Part shown: positions 11,401 through 21,600 of the stretch, piece by piece
How positions within the stretch are numbered: position 1 is the first letter of the stretch
Layout of the letters: the number at the start of each line of letters is the position of its first letter
Assembly (NCBI GenBank): GCA_044223005.1
Contig: JBGAML010000025.1
Coordinates: forward strand, 1-57,345
DNA: 57,345 nt
Reading direction: 5' to 3'
Origin: Candidatus Eiseniibacteriota bacterium
GTDB taxonomy: Bacteria; Eisenbacteria; RBG-16-71-46
Position numbers and translations under genes: made by a program
The notes under the pieces: generated by a model
Database searches by the model: none
Told to the model about the DNA's origin: nothing
The model's input: the letters and a program-made list of their open reading frames with translations, nothing else

Positions 11401-11881
11401 CGAGATCAAGCAGCTCACGACGCGCAAGGGCGACCTGATGGCGATGGTGGTGCTGGAAGACCTCACCGGCCGGCTCGAGTGCACGATCTTCCCGGAGGCG
11501 TTCGAGAAGGCGCGGCCGGTGCTGCAGACGGATTCGATCGTCGTCGCCTCGGGCCGGATCGAGGTGCGCGAGGAGCGCGGCCCCAAGCTGCTGCTGAACG
11601 AGGTCCGGCCGTGGGAGCAGGGCCGCGAGCAGTTCCGGCCGGTGCTGCAGATCGAGGTGAAGGCCGAGTCCCTGACCGAGGCCTGCCTCGCGGACCTCTC
11701 CGAGGTCCTGTCCGCCCACCCGGGCGAATCTGAGGTATACCTTTACGTCGTGAAGCCGGACCATTCCCGGCTGGCGCTGCGGTCGCGGCGCTGGCGCGTG
11801 GGCCAGCAGGACTCGCTCATCACCGGCCTCAAGAAGCGCGTGCCCTCGTGCCGCGTGCGCTGGGGAAAGGCACTGTCGTGA
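8438..11881 (+). CDS. dnaE: DNA polymerase III subunit alpha
   Basis: PHP domain HLHNHSDYSLLDG, then GPGRGSVAGS, MPDIDIDF, KMDFLGL, FNKSHSAAY and a C-terminal OB fold. Confidence 0.98.
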   Translation: MKHSDFVHLHNHSDYSLLDGATPIPAMVKRAAELQMPALALTDHGAMFGAVEFYQEARKAGVKPLVGMEAYVTRGARTDRNPKDTAHHLVLLARDETGFRNLMRLSSLAYLEGFYYKPRVDHEILSKYSAGLLALSACPKGEIADDLLADRDDAALATAMMYRDMFGADNYFLEIQNHGLDIEVKIREKVKALAAKTGLPLVATNDCHYLGKDHTEAQDVLICIQTGKTVDEAQRMRAVSELHFRSPDEMKHAFPDDPQALLNTLAVAERCNLQMGFGKPLLPEFPLPEGWRDADEYFRDLAWKELHARMGAGVGDGVKQRFAYELDVICKMGFASYFLIVRDFIFFAKSNGIGVGPGRGSVAGSLVAYALRITDVNPLQHDLIFERFLNPERVTMPDIDIDFDDLRRGEVIEYVKRKYGETNVTQIITFGTMGAKGVVRDVGRALGFPVAEIDRIAKLVPDGLGMTLDKALDQTPDLKSLPEKGPQYAKWLKSARVLEGLARHASTHAAGVLITPGPLLDYVPLYRQKDGSTTTQWDMKSVEKSGLLKMDFLGLRTLSVLDEGVRLVRQTHGVEIDWQALTLDDPAAYKVFQDGDTVAVFQFESTGMRDYMKKLKPTVFEDLVAMNALYRPGPMENIPYFIDCKHGRQVAKYDHPKLEPILKGTYGVFVYQEQVMASAHDLAGFSMAQADELRRAMGKKNVEEMAKKRAQFTEGCAKASKIPEKVADKIFTTMEKFAGYGFNKSHSAAYALVAYQCAWLKAHYPAEFMAATMTSEMSDSSRILTLIEECRRLKIELRAPDVNHSEWRFTIEDGAIRVGLGAVRNVGQGAVEAILRARQAGGAFTDLYDLAARPDAGSLNRRVVESLVQAGACDALGPSRAALHAGAATALDHAAAVHREKASGQSSLFGGGGDDAGSVAVHAAPLPAIPEWTSREKGAKEKEVLGFYFGEHPLEHLRADIERIATHGIAQAIEAGHDTEVRVVAIVGEIKQLTTRKGDLMAMVVLEDLTGRLECTIFPEAFEKARPVLQTDSIVVASGRIEVREERGPKLLLNEVRPWEQGREQFRPVLQIEVKAESLTEACLADLSEVLSAHPGESEVYLYVVKPDHSRLALRSRRWRVGQQDSLITGLKKRVPSCRVRWGKALS

Positions 11882-12840
11882 CCGTCTGGCTGGATTTCGA
11901 GAAACCGATCCTCGAACTCGAGCAGAAGATCCAGGAACTGCGGGAGAGCGCGGCCGAGCGTGGGCTCGAGGCCGAGGGCGAACTCGCCGAGCTCGAGCGC
12001 AAGGCCGAGACGCTGCGGCGCGAGACGTACGCGCAGCTCACGCGCTACCAGCGCGTCCAGATCGCGCGCCATCCCAAGCGCCCGTACTCGCTCGACTACG
12101 TGCAGCGCTGCTTCACCGACTTCCGCGAGTTGCACGGCGACCGCCACTTCGGCGACGACCCGGCGATCGTGGGCGGGCTCGCGTACTTCGAGGGCCGGCC
12201 GGTGATGCTGATCGGGCAGCAGAAGGGGCGCGACACCAAGGAGAACCTGCTCCGCCGCTTCGGCATGACGAACCCCGAGGGCTACCGCAAGGCGCTCCGC
12301 CTGATGCAGCTCGCCGACCGCTTCCGCGTGCCGATCATCACGCTCGTCGACACGCCCGGCGCCTACCCGGGCCTCGGCGGCGAGGAGCGCGGGCAGGCGG
12401 AGGCGATCGCGGTCAACCTGCGCGAGATGGCGACGTTCGGCGTGCCGATCGTGACGGTGGTGATCGGCGAGGGCGGCTCGGGCGGCGCGCTCGCGATCGC
12501 GGTCTCCGATCGCGTGCTCATGTTCGAGAACTCGGTCTACTCGGTGATCACGCCCGAGGGCTGCGCGGCGATCCTCTGGCGCGACGGCAAGCAGGCGCCC
12601 CGCGCGGCCGAGGCGCTGCGGCTCACGGCGCCCGACCTGTCGGCGCTCCAGATCGTGGACCAGGTGCTGCCGGAGCCCTCCGGCGGCGCGCACCGGGACT
12701 GGGATGCCGCGGCTGCGGCGTTGTCGGCTGCACTTCGGGAGAACCTCGACGCGCTCAGCGGGGTAACCCCCGACGAGTTGCGCCGCCAGCGCCAGGCGCG
12801 ATTCCGCCGGATGGGGGTCTACACGGACCTCGGCGCTTGA
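11878..12840 (+). CDS. accA: acetyl-CoA carboxylase carboxyltransferase subunit alpha
   Basis: WLDFEKPI, ARHPKRP, GYRKALRLM, DTPGAYPG and GEGGSGGAL motifs. GTGA overlap with dnaE. Confidence 0.96.
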   Translation: MTVWLDFEKPILELEQKIQELRESAAERGLEAEGELAELERKAETLRRETYAQLTRYQRVQIARHPKRPYSLDYVQRCFTDFRELHGDRHFGDDPAIVGGLAYFEGRPVMLIGQQKGRDTKENLLRRFGMTNPEGYRKALRLMQLADRFRVPIITLVDTPGAYPGLGGEERGQAEAIAVNLREMATFGVPIVTVVIGEGGSGGALAIAVSDRVLMFENSVYSVITPEGCAAILWRDGKQAPRAAEALRLTAPDLSALQIVDQVLPEPSGGAHRDWDAAAAALSAALRENLDALSGVTPDELRRQRQARFRRMGVYTDLGA

Positions 12841-13001
12841 CCCCGGAAATTGCCGGTTGCTAGACTCGCCGAAATCTCCCAACTCCCCTGATTCGGGCCG
12901 CTTGCGGCGACGCCGCAGCGAGCCTGCAACCCCTTGCGGGACCGTGACCGCGGACCGGCGAGAAGGGGACGAGGGCGGCCGCGCCGGAAAGAAGGAGTCC
13001 C

Positions 13002-13169
13002 ATGGCCCTCAGTGCCGAGCTGCTCGCGATCCTGGTCTGTCCCGCGTGCAAGGGCGACCTCGCCTACGACCCGAGCGGACAGTCGCTCACCTGCGCGAAG
13101 TGCCGGTTGCGCTACCGGATCGTGGACGACATCCCGGTGATGCTCGTGGACGAGGCGGAGAAGTTCTGA
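13002..13169 (+). CDS. Trm112/YcaR-family small protein (55 aa)
   Basis: Read manually: MALSAELLAILVCPACKGDL...LTCAKCRLRYRIVDDIPVMLVDEA. AAGGAG RBS. Confidence 0.9.
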   Translation: MALSAELLAILVCPACKGDLAYDPSGQSLTCAKCRLRYRIVDDIPVMLVDEAEKF

Positions 13170-13180
13170 TCCGTACGGCC

Positions 13181-16100
13181 ATGCACCAACCGAAAACCGG
13201 CTTCGCCCGCGCCCTGTTCGCGGGTCTCCTGCTCGCTCTCGCCGTCGCCCCGGTGTGCGCTGCTTCGCTCGCGGGTGTGCGGCTCGCCCCGGCGACCCCC
13301 GGCTCGGTGCGCTTCACGGTCGACGTGCCCGCGCTCGCCACGACGGCGACGGGCGATCCCAGCGGTTCCGTGCAGGCCGCGCTCGAGGGCTACGAGCCCG
13401 TCGGCGCGCTCGGTGCGCCGCCGTCGTTCCGCCGCGTTATCCTGGTCGCGGTGCCGCCGCTGGGCGACGTGCGCGTGCGCGGCGTCGGCTCGGCCACCGC
13501 GGTGAGCGAGGGCGTCACGCTGGCGCCCGTGTCGGCGTCGGAAGGTGCATCCACCGAGGGCGCGTGGCGCGACCTCGCGGCCTACGGCGCCGCGGGCAGC
13601 GCGGTTCCCGCGGCGGCGCGGCTGCTCGACGTGACGTGGCTCCGCAACCAGCGCGTCGCGCGCATCGCGATCGAACCCGTGGCCTACGAGCCGGCGGCGC
13701 GCCGGCTCACGGTGGCCCAGCGCATCGACGTCGACGTGCAGGTGACGCCGACGGGCGCGCTCGGGCCCGCGGCCGAACCGGACGATCCGTTCGAGCCCGT
13801 CTACCGCGAGGTCCTCGCCAACTACGACCAGGGCAAGTCGTGGCGCCGGCCGGGCGTCGCCGACCTCGTGCGCGGCGCGCGCCGCCTGGGGCTGCAGGTG
13901 GAGAGCGCGGTCGTCGCCACGCCGCTCGACTCGAGCGCGATCTACGGGCACGGCTGGGCCAAGCTCGCGATCAAGCGCCCGGGCTTCTACGCGGTGAACT
14001 ACTCGACATTGCGCTCGCTCCAGCTCTTCTCCGCGATCAGCGACTCGATCAAGCTCGACTCGCTCCGGCTCTACACGCTGCCGGGCTACCCGCAGCTCTC
14101 GGCCACGTCGTTCTGCGACACCTGCGACTTGAAGGAAGTGCCGATCGGCTTCATCGACAAGAGTGCGGCCACGTCGCCGACGCTGGGCGGTCCCGACGGC
14201 TACTTCGCCACGAACAACGACGCGTTCTACTTCTTCGGCATGGGGCCCAGCGGCTGGGCGTCCGACTACGACCGCAGCTACGCCGACACGGCCTACATCA
14301 ACCATCCGTACGAGACGACCAACTACTACTACCTGACGGTGGCCACGGCGACGAACCCGGTCGGCGGTTCACCGCAGCGGATCGCGACGCGCTCGAACGT
14401 GGCGCCGGTGGGCGGTGCGACCGTGGTGTCCACCTTCCCGGACCGGCAGCACTTCGAGGAAGACCACGTCTACGACCCCAACCCGAATCCGATCGGCAGC
14501 ACGCTCTTCTGGGAGAAGTGGTTCTGGGTCTCGATGACGCCGGGGGGCGGTTTCCACTATGCCTTCGACCTGCCCGGGGCGGACGCCGCGCAGCCCGCGC
14601 GGTTCCGGCTGCGCCAGTGGGGCGAGAGCGACAACACGCTCAAGACCTCCAACGTGTGCATTCCGACGCTCCCGGATCACTTCCTCGACGTCGCGTTCAA
14701 CGGGACGTCGTTCGGGCGTCGGGTCTGGAAGGGCTGGGCCATCGACCGCGGTGGCGTGGTGACCTACGACACGGTCGCGACGTTCGTGCGCTCCACCAAC
14801 AACGTGCTCGACATGGCCGTGCCCAACGTCACCGTGCTCGGCTGCGCCTCGCGCATCGACGTGAGCGGGCTCGCGTGGTTCGAGGTGTACTACCAGCGCA
14901 ACCTCGCGCCAGTGAACGATTCGCTCAGCTTCCGCTCGCCCGGGACGGCCGGCCCCTACCACTACGACGTCGGGCCGTTCGTCCGTTCGCTGCCGCCGCG
15001 GCTCTTCGACGTCACCGACCCGATGAGCCCGGTCGAACTGCACATCGACGGCTCGATGTGGCACGGCAGCGGGTCGGCATGGACGCTGTCGTTCGAGGAC
15101 ACGGCCAGCGTCGTCCGTTACTACCGTGTGGTCCCGGACTCGGTCATCACGCTGGGACGGCTCGCGAGCACGAGCGTCGCCGACGCGCCTGAGACGAGCC
15201 TCGAGGACAACCTGCGCTCCCCGCTCAATGGTGCGGAATACGTCGTCATCTACTACGACACCTTCCGCGACGCGGCACAGGCCCTGGCCGCCGCGAGGGC
15301 CAGCCACCTGCCGCTCGCGCAGGGCGCGGCGCCGCACCCGACGAAGGCGATTCCGATTTCGGCGCTCTACGACCAATTCTCGGGCGGCCGCACCGACCCG
15401 GCAGCGATCCGGAACTTCCTGCGGACGGCCTACTTCAACTGGTCCGTGCGGCCGCGCTTCGTGACCTTCCTCGGCGACGCGTCCTACGACTACAAGAACA
15501 TCCTCAATAAGGCGGGCGTCGGCCAGCCCGGTTGCCTCGTCCCGACGTACGGTGACAACTACGATGCCTTCCCCGGCATCTCGCACCAGTACACGACCGA
15601 CGACTGGATGCTCGCCGCGACCGATCCGGTGAAGGGCCTGCCGAGCTTTTTCGCGGGTCGCATCCCGGCGAGCGACGCGACGACCGCGCTGCAGATCGTG
15701 CGCGGGAAGATCCTCGGGTACGAGTCCACCGTGCCGCTGGGCGAATACCGCAACTCGATCCTGCTGCTCGCCGACGACGACGTGCAGGGGGACAACTGTG
15801 ACGGTCTGGGGTGGGCGCACCTCGGACAGACACAGACGTTGCTGGATACGTCCGTACCGGCACACATGGATCGCGAGTACGTCTACCTGCATACGTACCC
15901 GACAGGGGCGGGGCACACGAAGCCCGGTGCGCGCGACGACCTCAAGAAGTTCCTCAGCGCGGGCGTCTCCATGTTCAACTACGTGGGGCACGGCAGCCCG
16001 GTGAAGCTCGCCGACGAAAGCGTACTGATCGACACCGACGCGCCCAAGATCGAGAACGGCGATCGGCTCTTCCTGTTCGTCGCGGCCTCCTGCGACGTCG

Positions 16101-17563
16101 GCAAGTTCGACGACCCGACGCTGACGAGCCTGGGTGAGAAGCTCTACGTGACGGCCACGGGCGGTGCTGCCGCCGTGGTCTCTGCGACCGAGCGCGCGCT
16201 CAGTTCGCAGAATTCGGACCTCAACCGCGTGTTCTACCAGCTGGTGTTCCGCCGCGACACGGTGCAGACGCTCGAGGCGACGCTCGACGGACACGGCCAG
16301 TACTTCCTGCCGCTGTCGGCGGCGCTCACGATCGCCAAGATCCGCACCGGCTTCTTCTTCACGGCGAACAACGCCAAGTACCAGCTGCTGGCCGACGCTG
16401 CGACCGTGCTCAACCTGCCGCACCTCTGGGCGGATGTGACCCTGACCGACGCGAACGGCGCTCCGGTGACGCAACTGCAGCGTGGCCAGACGGTGACGTT
16501 CCATGGCCAGGTGCTCGACCAGCCCGGTGGCTCCGCGCAGGCGTTTTCCGGTATCGCCAGTGTGCTCGTCGAGGACTCGGCGCCGACGGACGACGTGAGT
16601 GGATATGCCGACGACGTCGGCTGCTCGAGCCACTTCCCGGGTGGCGTCGGCCTGCCGCAGCAGTACAAGTTCTACGCGGGCACCATCTACCACGGCGACG
16701 TCTCGGTCACGAACGGGCAGTTCACGGGCAAGTTCGTGGTCCCGCTCGATGCGACGCTCGGGACCGATGGCCGGCTCCGCACCTACCTGCAGGCGCCCAC
16801 CGTGGCCGCCGGCGACGGCACGGGGTCCTCGCCGCTGCCCGTCGTGGCCGGTTCCGCGAGCGGCTCCGACACGCAGGGCCCGCGCATCACGCTGTCGTTC
16901 GTCGGCGGCTCGCGCACCGTCCGGCCGACCGCCACGCTCACGATCGACCTGTTCGACGAGAGCGGCATCATGACGACCGGGCACGCGCCGCAGAACGCGA
17001 TCATCGTCACCGTGGACGGCAACACCACGTCGCGCTCGGACGTGACGTCGTCGTTCCGTTACGCCGCCGATTCCTACCAGCAGGGCGTGGCGACGTTCAC
17101 GCTACCGGGGCTCGCGGCCGGGCACCACACGATCTCGGTTTCGGCGGCGGACAACCTGGCGATCGGCATCGCCGCCGGCCAGCACCGCAGTTCAGCCACG
17201 CTCGAGTTCGACGTGGTCGATGCCACCCGGCTCGACATCACGCGCACCTACCTGTTCCCGAACCCGGTCCGTTCGACCGGAGTCGGCGCGGGCGGCACGT
17301 TCGTCGTCGACGCGCCCGGGGATTCGGTCAACACGCTGGTCCGGATCTACACGATCACGGGCCGGGTGATCCGGGACCTGCGCAGCATGGGCGGACTCGG
17401 GCAGGTGCAGATCCCGTGGGACGGCCGGGACGCCGAGGGTGACCCGCTGGCCAACGGGACCTATCTCTACAAGGTATACGTCAACACGCGGGAGGCCGAC
17501 GGCCGAAGCAGTGCCCGCGAGAAGGCGGCCGCCGAGGGCCGGCTGGTCATCGTGAATCGCTAG
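13181..17563 (+). CDS. C25 (gingipain-family) peptidase, PorU-like sortase, with FlgD-Ig/T9SS-type C-terminal domain
   Basis: Signal peptide. C25 motifs YDQFSGG..DP.AIRNFL, FLGDASYDYK, catalytic His in NYVGHGS and Cys in ASCDVGKFD. PorU-like DTQGPRI and SAADN segments. Tail FPNP...WDGRDAEGDPLANGTYLYKV. Lies directly upstream of the PorV-like gene. Confidence 0.85.
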   Translation: MHQPKTGFARALFAGLLLALAVAPVCAASLAGVRLAPATPGSVRFTVDVPALATTATGDPSGSVQAALEGYEPVGALGAPPSFRRVILVAVPPLGDVRVRGVGSATAVSEGVTLAPVSASEGASTEGAWRDLAAYGAAGSAVPAAARLLDVTWLRNQRVARIAIEPVAYEPAARRLTVAQRIDVDVQVTPTGALGPAAEPDDPFEPVYREVLANYDQGKSWRRPGVADLVRGARRLGLQVESAVVATPLDSSAIYGHGWAKLAIKRPGFYAVNYSTLRSLQLFSAISDSIKLDSLRLYTLPGYPQLSATSFCDTCDLKEVPIGFIDKSAATSPTLGGPDGYFATNNDAFYFFGMGPSGWASDYDRSYADTAYINHPYETTNYYYLTVATATNPVGGSPQRIATRSNVAPVGGATVVSTFPDRQHFEEDHVYDPNPNPIGSTLFWEKWFWVSMTPGGGFHYAFDLPGADAAQPARFRLRQWGESDNTLKTSNVCIPTLPDHFLDVAFNGTSFGRRVWKGWAIDRGGVVTYDTVATFVRSTNNVLDMAVPNVTVLGCASRIDVSGLAWFEVYYQRNLAPVNDSLSFRSPGTAGPYHYDVGPFVRSLPPRLFDVTDPMSPVELHIDGSMWHGSGSAWTLSFEDTASVVRYYRVVPDSVITLGRLASTSVADAPETSLEDNLRSPLNGAEYVVIYYDTFRDAAQALAAARASHLPLAQGAAPHPTKAIPISALYDQFSGGRTDPAAIRNFLRTAYFNWSVRPRFVTFLGDASYDYKNILNKAGVGQPGCLVPTYGDNYDAFPGISHQYTTDDWMLAATDPVKGLPSFFAGRIPASDATTALQIVRGKILGYESTVPLGEYRNSILLLADDDVQGDNCDGLGWAHLGQTQTLLDTSVPAHMDREYVYLHTYPTGAGHTKPGARDDLKKFLSAGVSMFNYVGHGSPVKLADESVLIDTDAPKIENGDRLFLFVAASCDVGKFDDPTLTSLGEKLYVTATGGAAAVVSATERALSSQNSDLNRVFYQLVFRRDTVQTLEATLDGHGQYFLPLSAALTIAKIRTGFFFTANNAKYQLLADAATVLNLPHLWADVTLTDANGAPVTQLQRGQTVTFHGQVLDQPGGSAQAFSGIASVLVEDSAPTDDVSGYADDVGCSSHFPGGVGLPQQYKFYAGTIYHGDVSVTNGQFTGKFVVPLDATLGTDGRLRTYLQAPTVAAGDGTGSSPLPVVAGSASGSDTQGPRITLSFVGGSRTVRPTATLTIDLFDESGIMTTGHAPQNAIIVTVDGNTTSRSDVTSSFRYAADSYQQGVATFTLPGLAAGHHTISVSAADNLAIGIAAGQHRSSATLEFDVVDATRLDITRTYLFPNPVRSTGVGAGGTFVVDAPGDSVNTLVRIYTITGRVIRDLRSMGGLGQVQIPWDGRDAEGDPLANGTYLYKVYVNTREADGRSSAREKAAAEGRLVIVNR

Positions 17564-17590
17564 CCCGCTCCGGTCGGGTGGTTTGCCGCA

Positions 17591-17608
17591 CCCGTCCCCG
17601 GGGACGGG
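17591..17608. repeat. 18-bp perfect palindrome between porU-like and porV-like genes
   Basis: CCCGTCCCC/GGGGACGGG. Confidence 0.5.
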
Positions 17609-17718
17609 GGAACCGCTTGTTACATGAGATTCTGGAACTTCGCCGGCCGGGACGGTGTAGTATGCCGTGTCCAAGTTCGCGCCCGCGGGGATCGCGTTCA
17701 CCCAATGAGGAGCTTTCC

Positions 17719-18669
17719 ATGCGTTTTTCGACCACGCTGGCCCTGGCCTCGATCCTGACACTCGGCTGGGCAGGCACCGTTCTCGCGCAGGGCACCGGAC
17801 GCTCGCTCGACATCCAGCCGGGAGCCCGCCAGAACGCCATGGGGGCGGCCGGAGTCGCACTCGCCGACGACGCCACGGGAGTGACCTGGTGGAACCCGGC
17901 GGCGCTGGGCTTCGTGAAGAAGCCGGCGGCGGAACTGACCTACGCCCAGCTGGTGCCCGGCCTCGCGACCGACGTGAGCTACAACTACGCGACGTTCGCG
18001 ACCCCGGTGCAGGGTTGGGGTGCTGTCGGCCTGGGCCTCGTCTTCCTCTCGTACGGCACGAGCGACGAGACCAACGGCAGCGGTGACGTGATCGGCCAGT
18101 TCACGTCGAACGAAGTCTCGCCGGCGGTCTACTGGGGCACGCAGATCCTGCCGGACTTCGCGGTGGGCGCGACCCTCAAGTACATCCGCATCCAGCTGGC
18201 CCCGTCCAAGAACTCGGGCGTCGGCTCGACGGTCGGCCTCGACGTCGGCGGCCTCTACCGGATCCCTGCGGCGCGGCTGAACCTGGGCGTCAACGTGCAG
18301 AACCTCGGGCCCAGCGTGACGTTCCTCAACGAGGACCAGAAGAGCCCGCTGTCGCGCAACCTGAAGGTCGGCGCGGCGTGGACGGCCACCTCGGGCGGGC
18401 AGTTCGCGTTCACGTTCGTGGGTGATTTCAACCAGTCGCTCGTGACGTCGGATTTCCGCACGTACAACGGTGGCATGGAGCTCAAGTACACCGACCAGAT
18501 GGCCGCGCGTATCGGGTACTACTCGGATCCGCTCGGCGACATCGGCGGGATCACGTACGGACTCGGGGTGGGCTGGAAGCGCCTGAACCTCGACTTCGGC
18601 CGCATCCCGCAGGCGCGCAACTCGGGGCTGCCCAACGTCAGCAAGATCACGCTCGGCTACCGCTTCTAG
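17719..18669 (+). CDS. PorV/PorQ-family (FadL-like) outer-membrane beta-barrel
   Basis: Signal peptide. LDIQPGARQNAMG and WWNPAALG motifs, NLGP, C-terminal LGYRF. GAGGAG RBS. Confidence 0.85.
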   Translation: MRFSTTLALASILTLGWAGTVLAQGTGRSLDIQPGARQNAMGAAGVALADDATGVTWWNPAALGFVKKPAAELTYAQLVPGLATDVSYNYATFATPVQGWGAVGLGLVFLSYGTSDETNGSGDVIGQFTSNEVSPAVYWGTQILPDFAVGATLKYIRIQLAPSKNSGVGSTVGLDVGGLYRIPAARLNLGVNVQNLGPSVTFLNEDQKSPLSRNLKVGAAWTATSGGQFAFTFVGDFNQSLVTSDFRTYNGGMELKYTDQMAARIGYYSDPLGDIGGITYGLGVGWKRLNLDFGRIPQARNSGLPNVSKITLGYRF

Positions 18670-18676
18670 GCGCCCG

Positions 18677-21600
18677 ATGCCGCGCATGACGAAGACCACT
18701 CTCGTCGCATTCACGGTCGCGTTGGCCCTCGGGTCCGGCGCGGCCGTCGTGCATGCGGACGCCCTCAAGGTCCGCCCGGTCGCCTCGCCCGAGGCGATCG
18801 CCCGTTCCGGCGGCCGGCTGCGTGCCGACGCGCTCACGCCCGCCGAGCAGCAGGTGCTCGCGCGGCGACTGGAGATCCAGAAGCAGGGCGAGGCGCTCGA
18901 GCGCCAGGTGATGTTTCCGCCGGGGCTCGTCGTGGACCGGACCCGCTTCGCCGCGCGCCGCCCGGGCTGGACGCCGCCGCCCGGCGTGACTCGCGATGCG
19001 TCCGAGCTGCGCGGCTGGCGCGTCGATCCGCAGGCCGCGCGCCTCGGCCCGCCCGACACGATCCGGGTCGCGTTCCTGCGCGTGGACTTCCTCCACGACC
19101 GCGGCGGCTCGGCTTCCACGGGCGACGGCAAGTTCGACCTCTCGGGACCGGACACGAACGTCGTGCCCATCGACCGGGCACCCCACAACCGCGACTTCTA
19201 CGAATCGCACGCGCGCGCGCTCGAACGCTTCTACGACGTGCAGTCGTACGGCCGCGTCGTGCTCCAGATCGACACCTGGCCGGCGGAGCAGGACAGCGCG
19301 TATCACCTCAACGACATGGCCGACCTCGGGCCGTGGAAGTTCGGCAACAGCGTCTACCGCGCGGCCGTGAACATGTTCCGCGACATGTTCTTCGCCGCGG
19401 ACACCCAGTCGACGCAGCGCGGCGACCGGATCCCCTGGCAGAAATACGACCGCTTCATGGTGATCCACGCCGGCGGTGACCTGCAGAGCGACGTGCGCCA
19501 GGACTCCAAGGAAGACATCCCGTCCTTCACGGTGTTCCTCGGCGACACGGATCGCGTGATCTTCCGCGACAGCCTCGCGTGGAACGTCGACAACCCGATC
19601 GACCGGGCTTCGTTCGTGCCCGAGACCGTCAACCAGGATGGCTACTACGGCGCCCTGAACGGCGTGATCGCGCACGAGAACGGTCACAACATCTTCGGCT
19701 TCCTCGACGTCTACGACATCGAGAGCGGCTACCCCGTCTGCGGCTACTGGTCGCTCATGGACAGCGGTAACCTCGACGGCGTGCACGTGGCGCTCAAGGA
19801 CGGCGACGTCATCTGGGCGATCGGCCTGCTGCCACCGAGCATCGATCCGTTCCAGCGCAACTTCATCGGCGACGGCATGGATATCCGCGTCCCGACCTGG
19901 GGCGACACGCTGGCGATCCGCGGCAGCAACCGCGGCAACGTCTTCTACAAGCTGCCGCTCTCGTCGGACGAGTACGTGCTGCTCGAGAACCGCTACCAGT
20001 GGCCGGGTGACACGCTCGTGGACCTGGAAGCCGACCCGGTGACCAAGGTGATTCTCGGCCCGCGTTCGCCGGATCGCTTCGAGTACGACGCGCTGGGACC
20101 CGGCAGCGGCATCCTGGCGTGGCACGTGGACGAGAGCGTGGTGCCGTTCGAGCGCTCGCTGCGCATCAATCCCGACTACGGCCTCAACACCAACTGGGCA
20201 CGCCAGGGCCTGCAGATCATCGAGGCCGACGGGCTGGACGACCTGGGCGACGGTGGTTCGCCCTACCTCGAGGGCAGCCCGCTCGATCCGTACCAGAAGA
20301 GCGTGAACGCTTCGCTGTCGGACAGCACGACGCCGAACCTGCTCCCGAACCAGGGCACGCGGCCACACCTGCGCGTCGACTTCCTCGATGACGCGGGCGA
20401 CACGATGCACTTCACGGCGAGCCGCACGTGGGCCATGCGCGCCTTCCCGGTGCGCGCCAACCTGACTCGCGGGGGCGCGTGGCCGCTGGCGATCGACGCC
20501 GACGGCGACCGCAACTTCGACGTCTGCTGGGCCGGCGGCGACACGCTGATCGCGTGGCCCGACAAGGCCGATTCCAATGCGCTGTTCGCGGTGCGCCCGG
20601 ACGGCACCGGGCTCGCGGGCGGGCCCTACGCGTTCGCGCACCTGGACGCGCCACCGTTCCCGCAGATGGCGGCCTGCCTCACGGGCGACGCCTCGCTCGG
20701 GGAAGGGCCGGCGGTCTTCGCGGCCTGCACGCGCGACACGGGCGCGGGCGATCCGCACGGCGGCAAGGTCTGGCTGGTCGATCATCACGGCGCTCCGCTC
20801 GCGGGCTGGCCGGTGACGCTGCCGGCGTTCGCCTCGACGCCGCCGGTGATCGCGGGCACGTGGCCGAACATCGCCGTTCTGGTGGGCGCGAAGGACGGCT
20901 ACGTCTACGCGCTCGACGCCACGGGGGCGCAGGTCGCGCGCAGTGCGACCGCTCTCGCGGGCGGCGTGAGCGGGCGGCTCGCGTTCTGGCAGGGTCCGGG
21001 CGTGCTCACGGTCTCCACGGCGGCGCCGTCCGAGACGAGCTTCGTCGCGGCGGGCGGTGCGAACGGTGAGGTCGCGGTGTATCGATTCTCGGGCGCGGCG
21101 CCGATGGCGCGCCTGGCCGGATGGAACACGGGCGTCGCCGGAGCGTTCGTACCGGACTTCCTGTGGCTGCACCTGGGCGGTGAAGGCACGTACGCCGAGG
21201 GCAACTGCGCGAGCGGGCCGACGCTCGTCGCGCACCACGCGGACAAGCTCTGGGCGTGGTGCCTGGACGGCGGACTTCTGCGCGGCTGGGGCCGCAGCCT
21301 GGGCGACACGCTGGTCGCCGGACTCGGCGTCGGCGATCCCGACGGCGACGGCTTCCCCGAGGTGCTGACGCAGACGCGGCGCTCGAAAGTCATGTTCGTG
21401 AACCGCGACGGCTACCCGTCACCGGGCTGGCCGCGCGCGGGCTCGAAGGAGGAGTTCCTGGCCTCGGCGTCGCCGGCGCTGGCGCTGGACGTGGACGCGG
21501 ACGATCGCTCCGAGGTCGTGACGCTGAATGGCAGCGGCATGCTCGTGGCGCTGCGCGCCGACGGTCACGCGCCGGTCGGCTGGCCGCTGGCGACCGGTGC

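Noticed and set aside
8438..12840. dnaE-accA overlap as an unusual pairing
   Set aside because: This adjacency is a well-known conserved arrangement in many bacteria. No intein is evident in DnaE.
12841..13001. Possible ncRNA or riboswitch between accA and the Trm112 gene
   Set aside because: Contains short GC hairpins, but no recognisable family motif. Such hairpins are expected by chance at this GC content.
17634..17662. sigmaE-like promoter (GGAACTT) upstream of the porV-like gene
   Set aside because: The -35 matches but there is no convincing -10 at the expected spacing.
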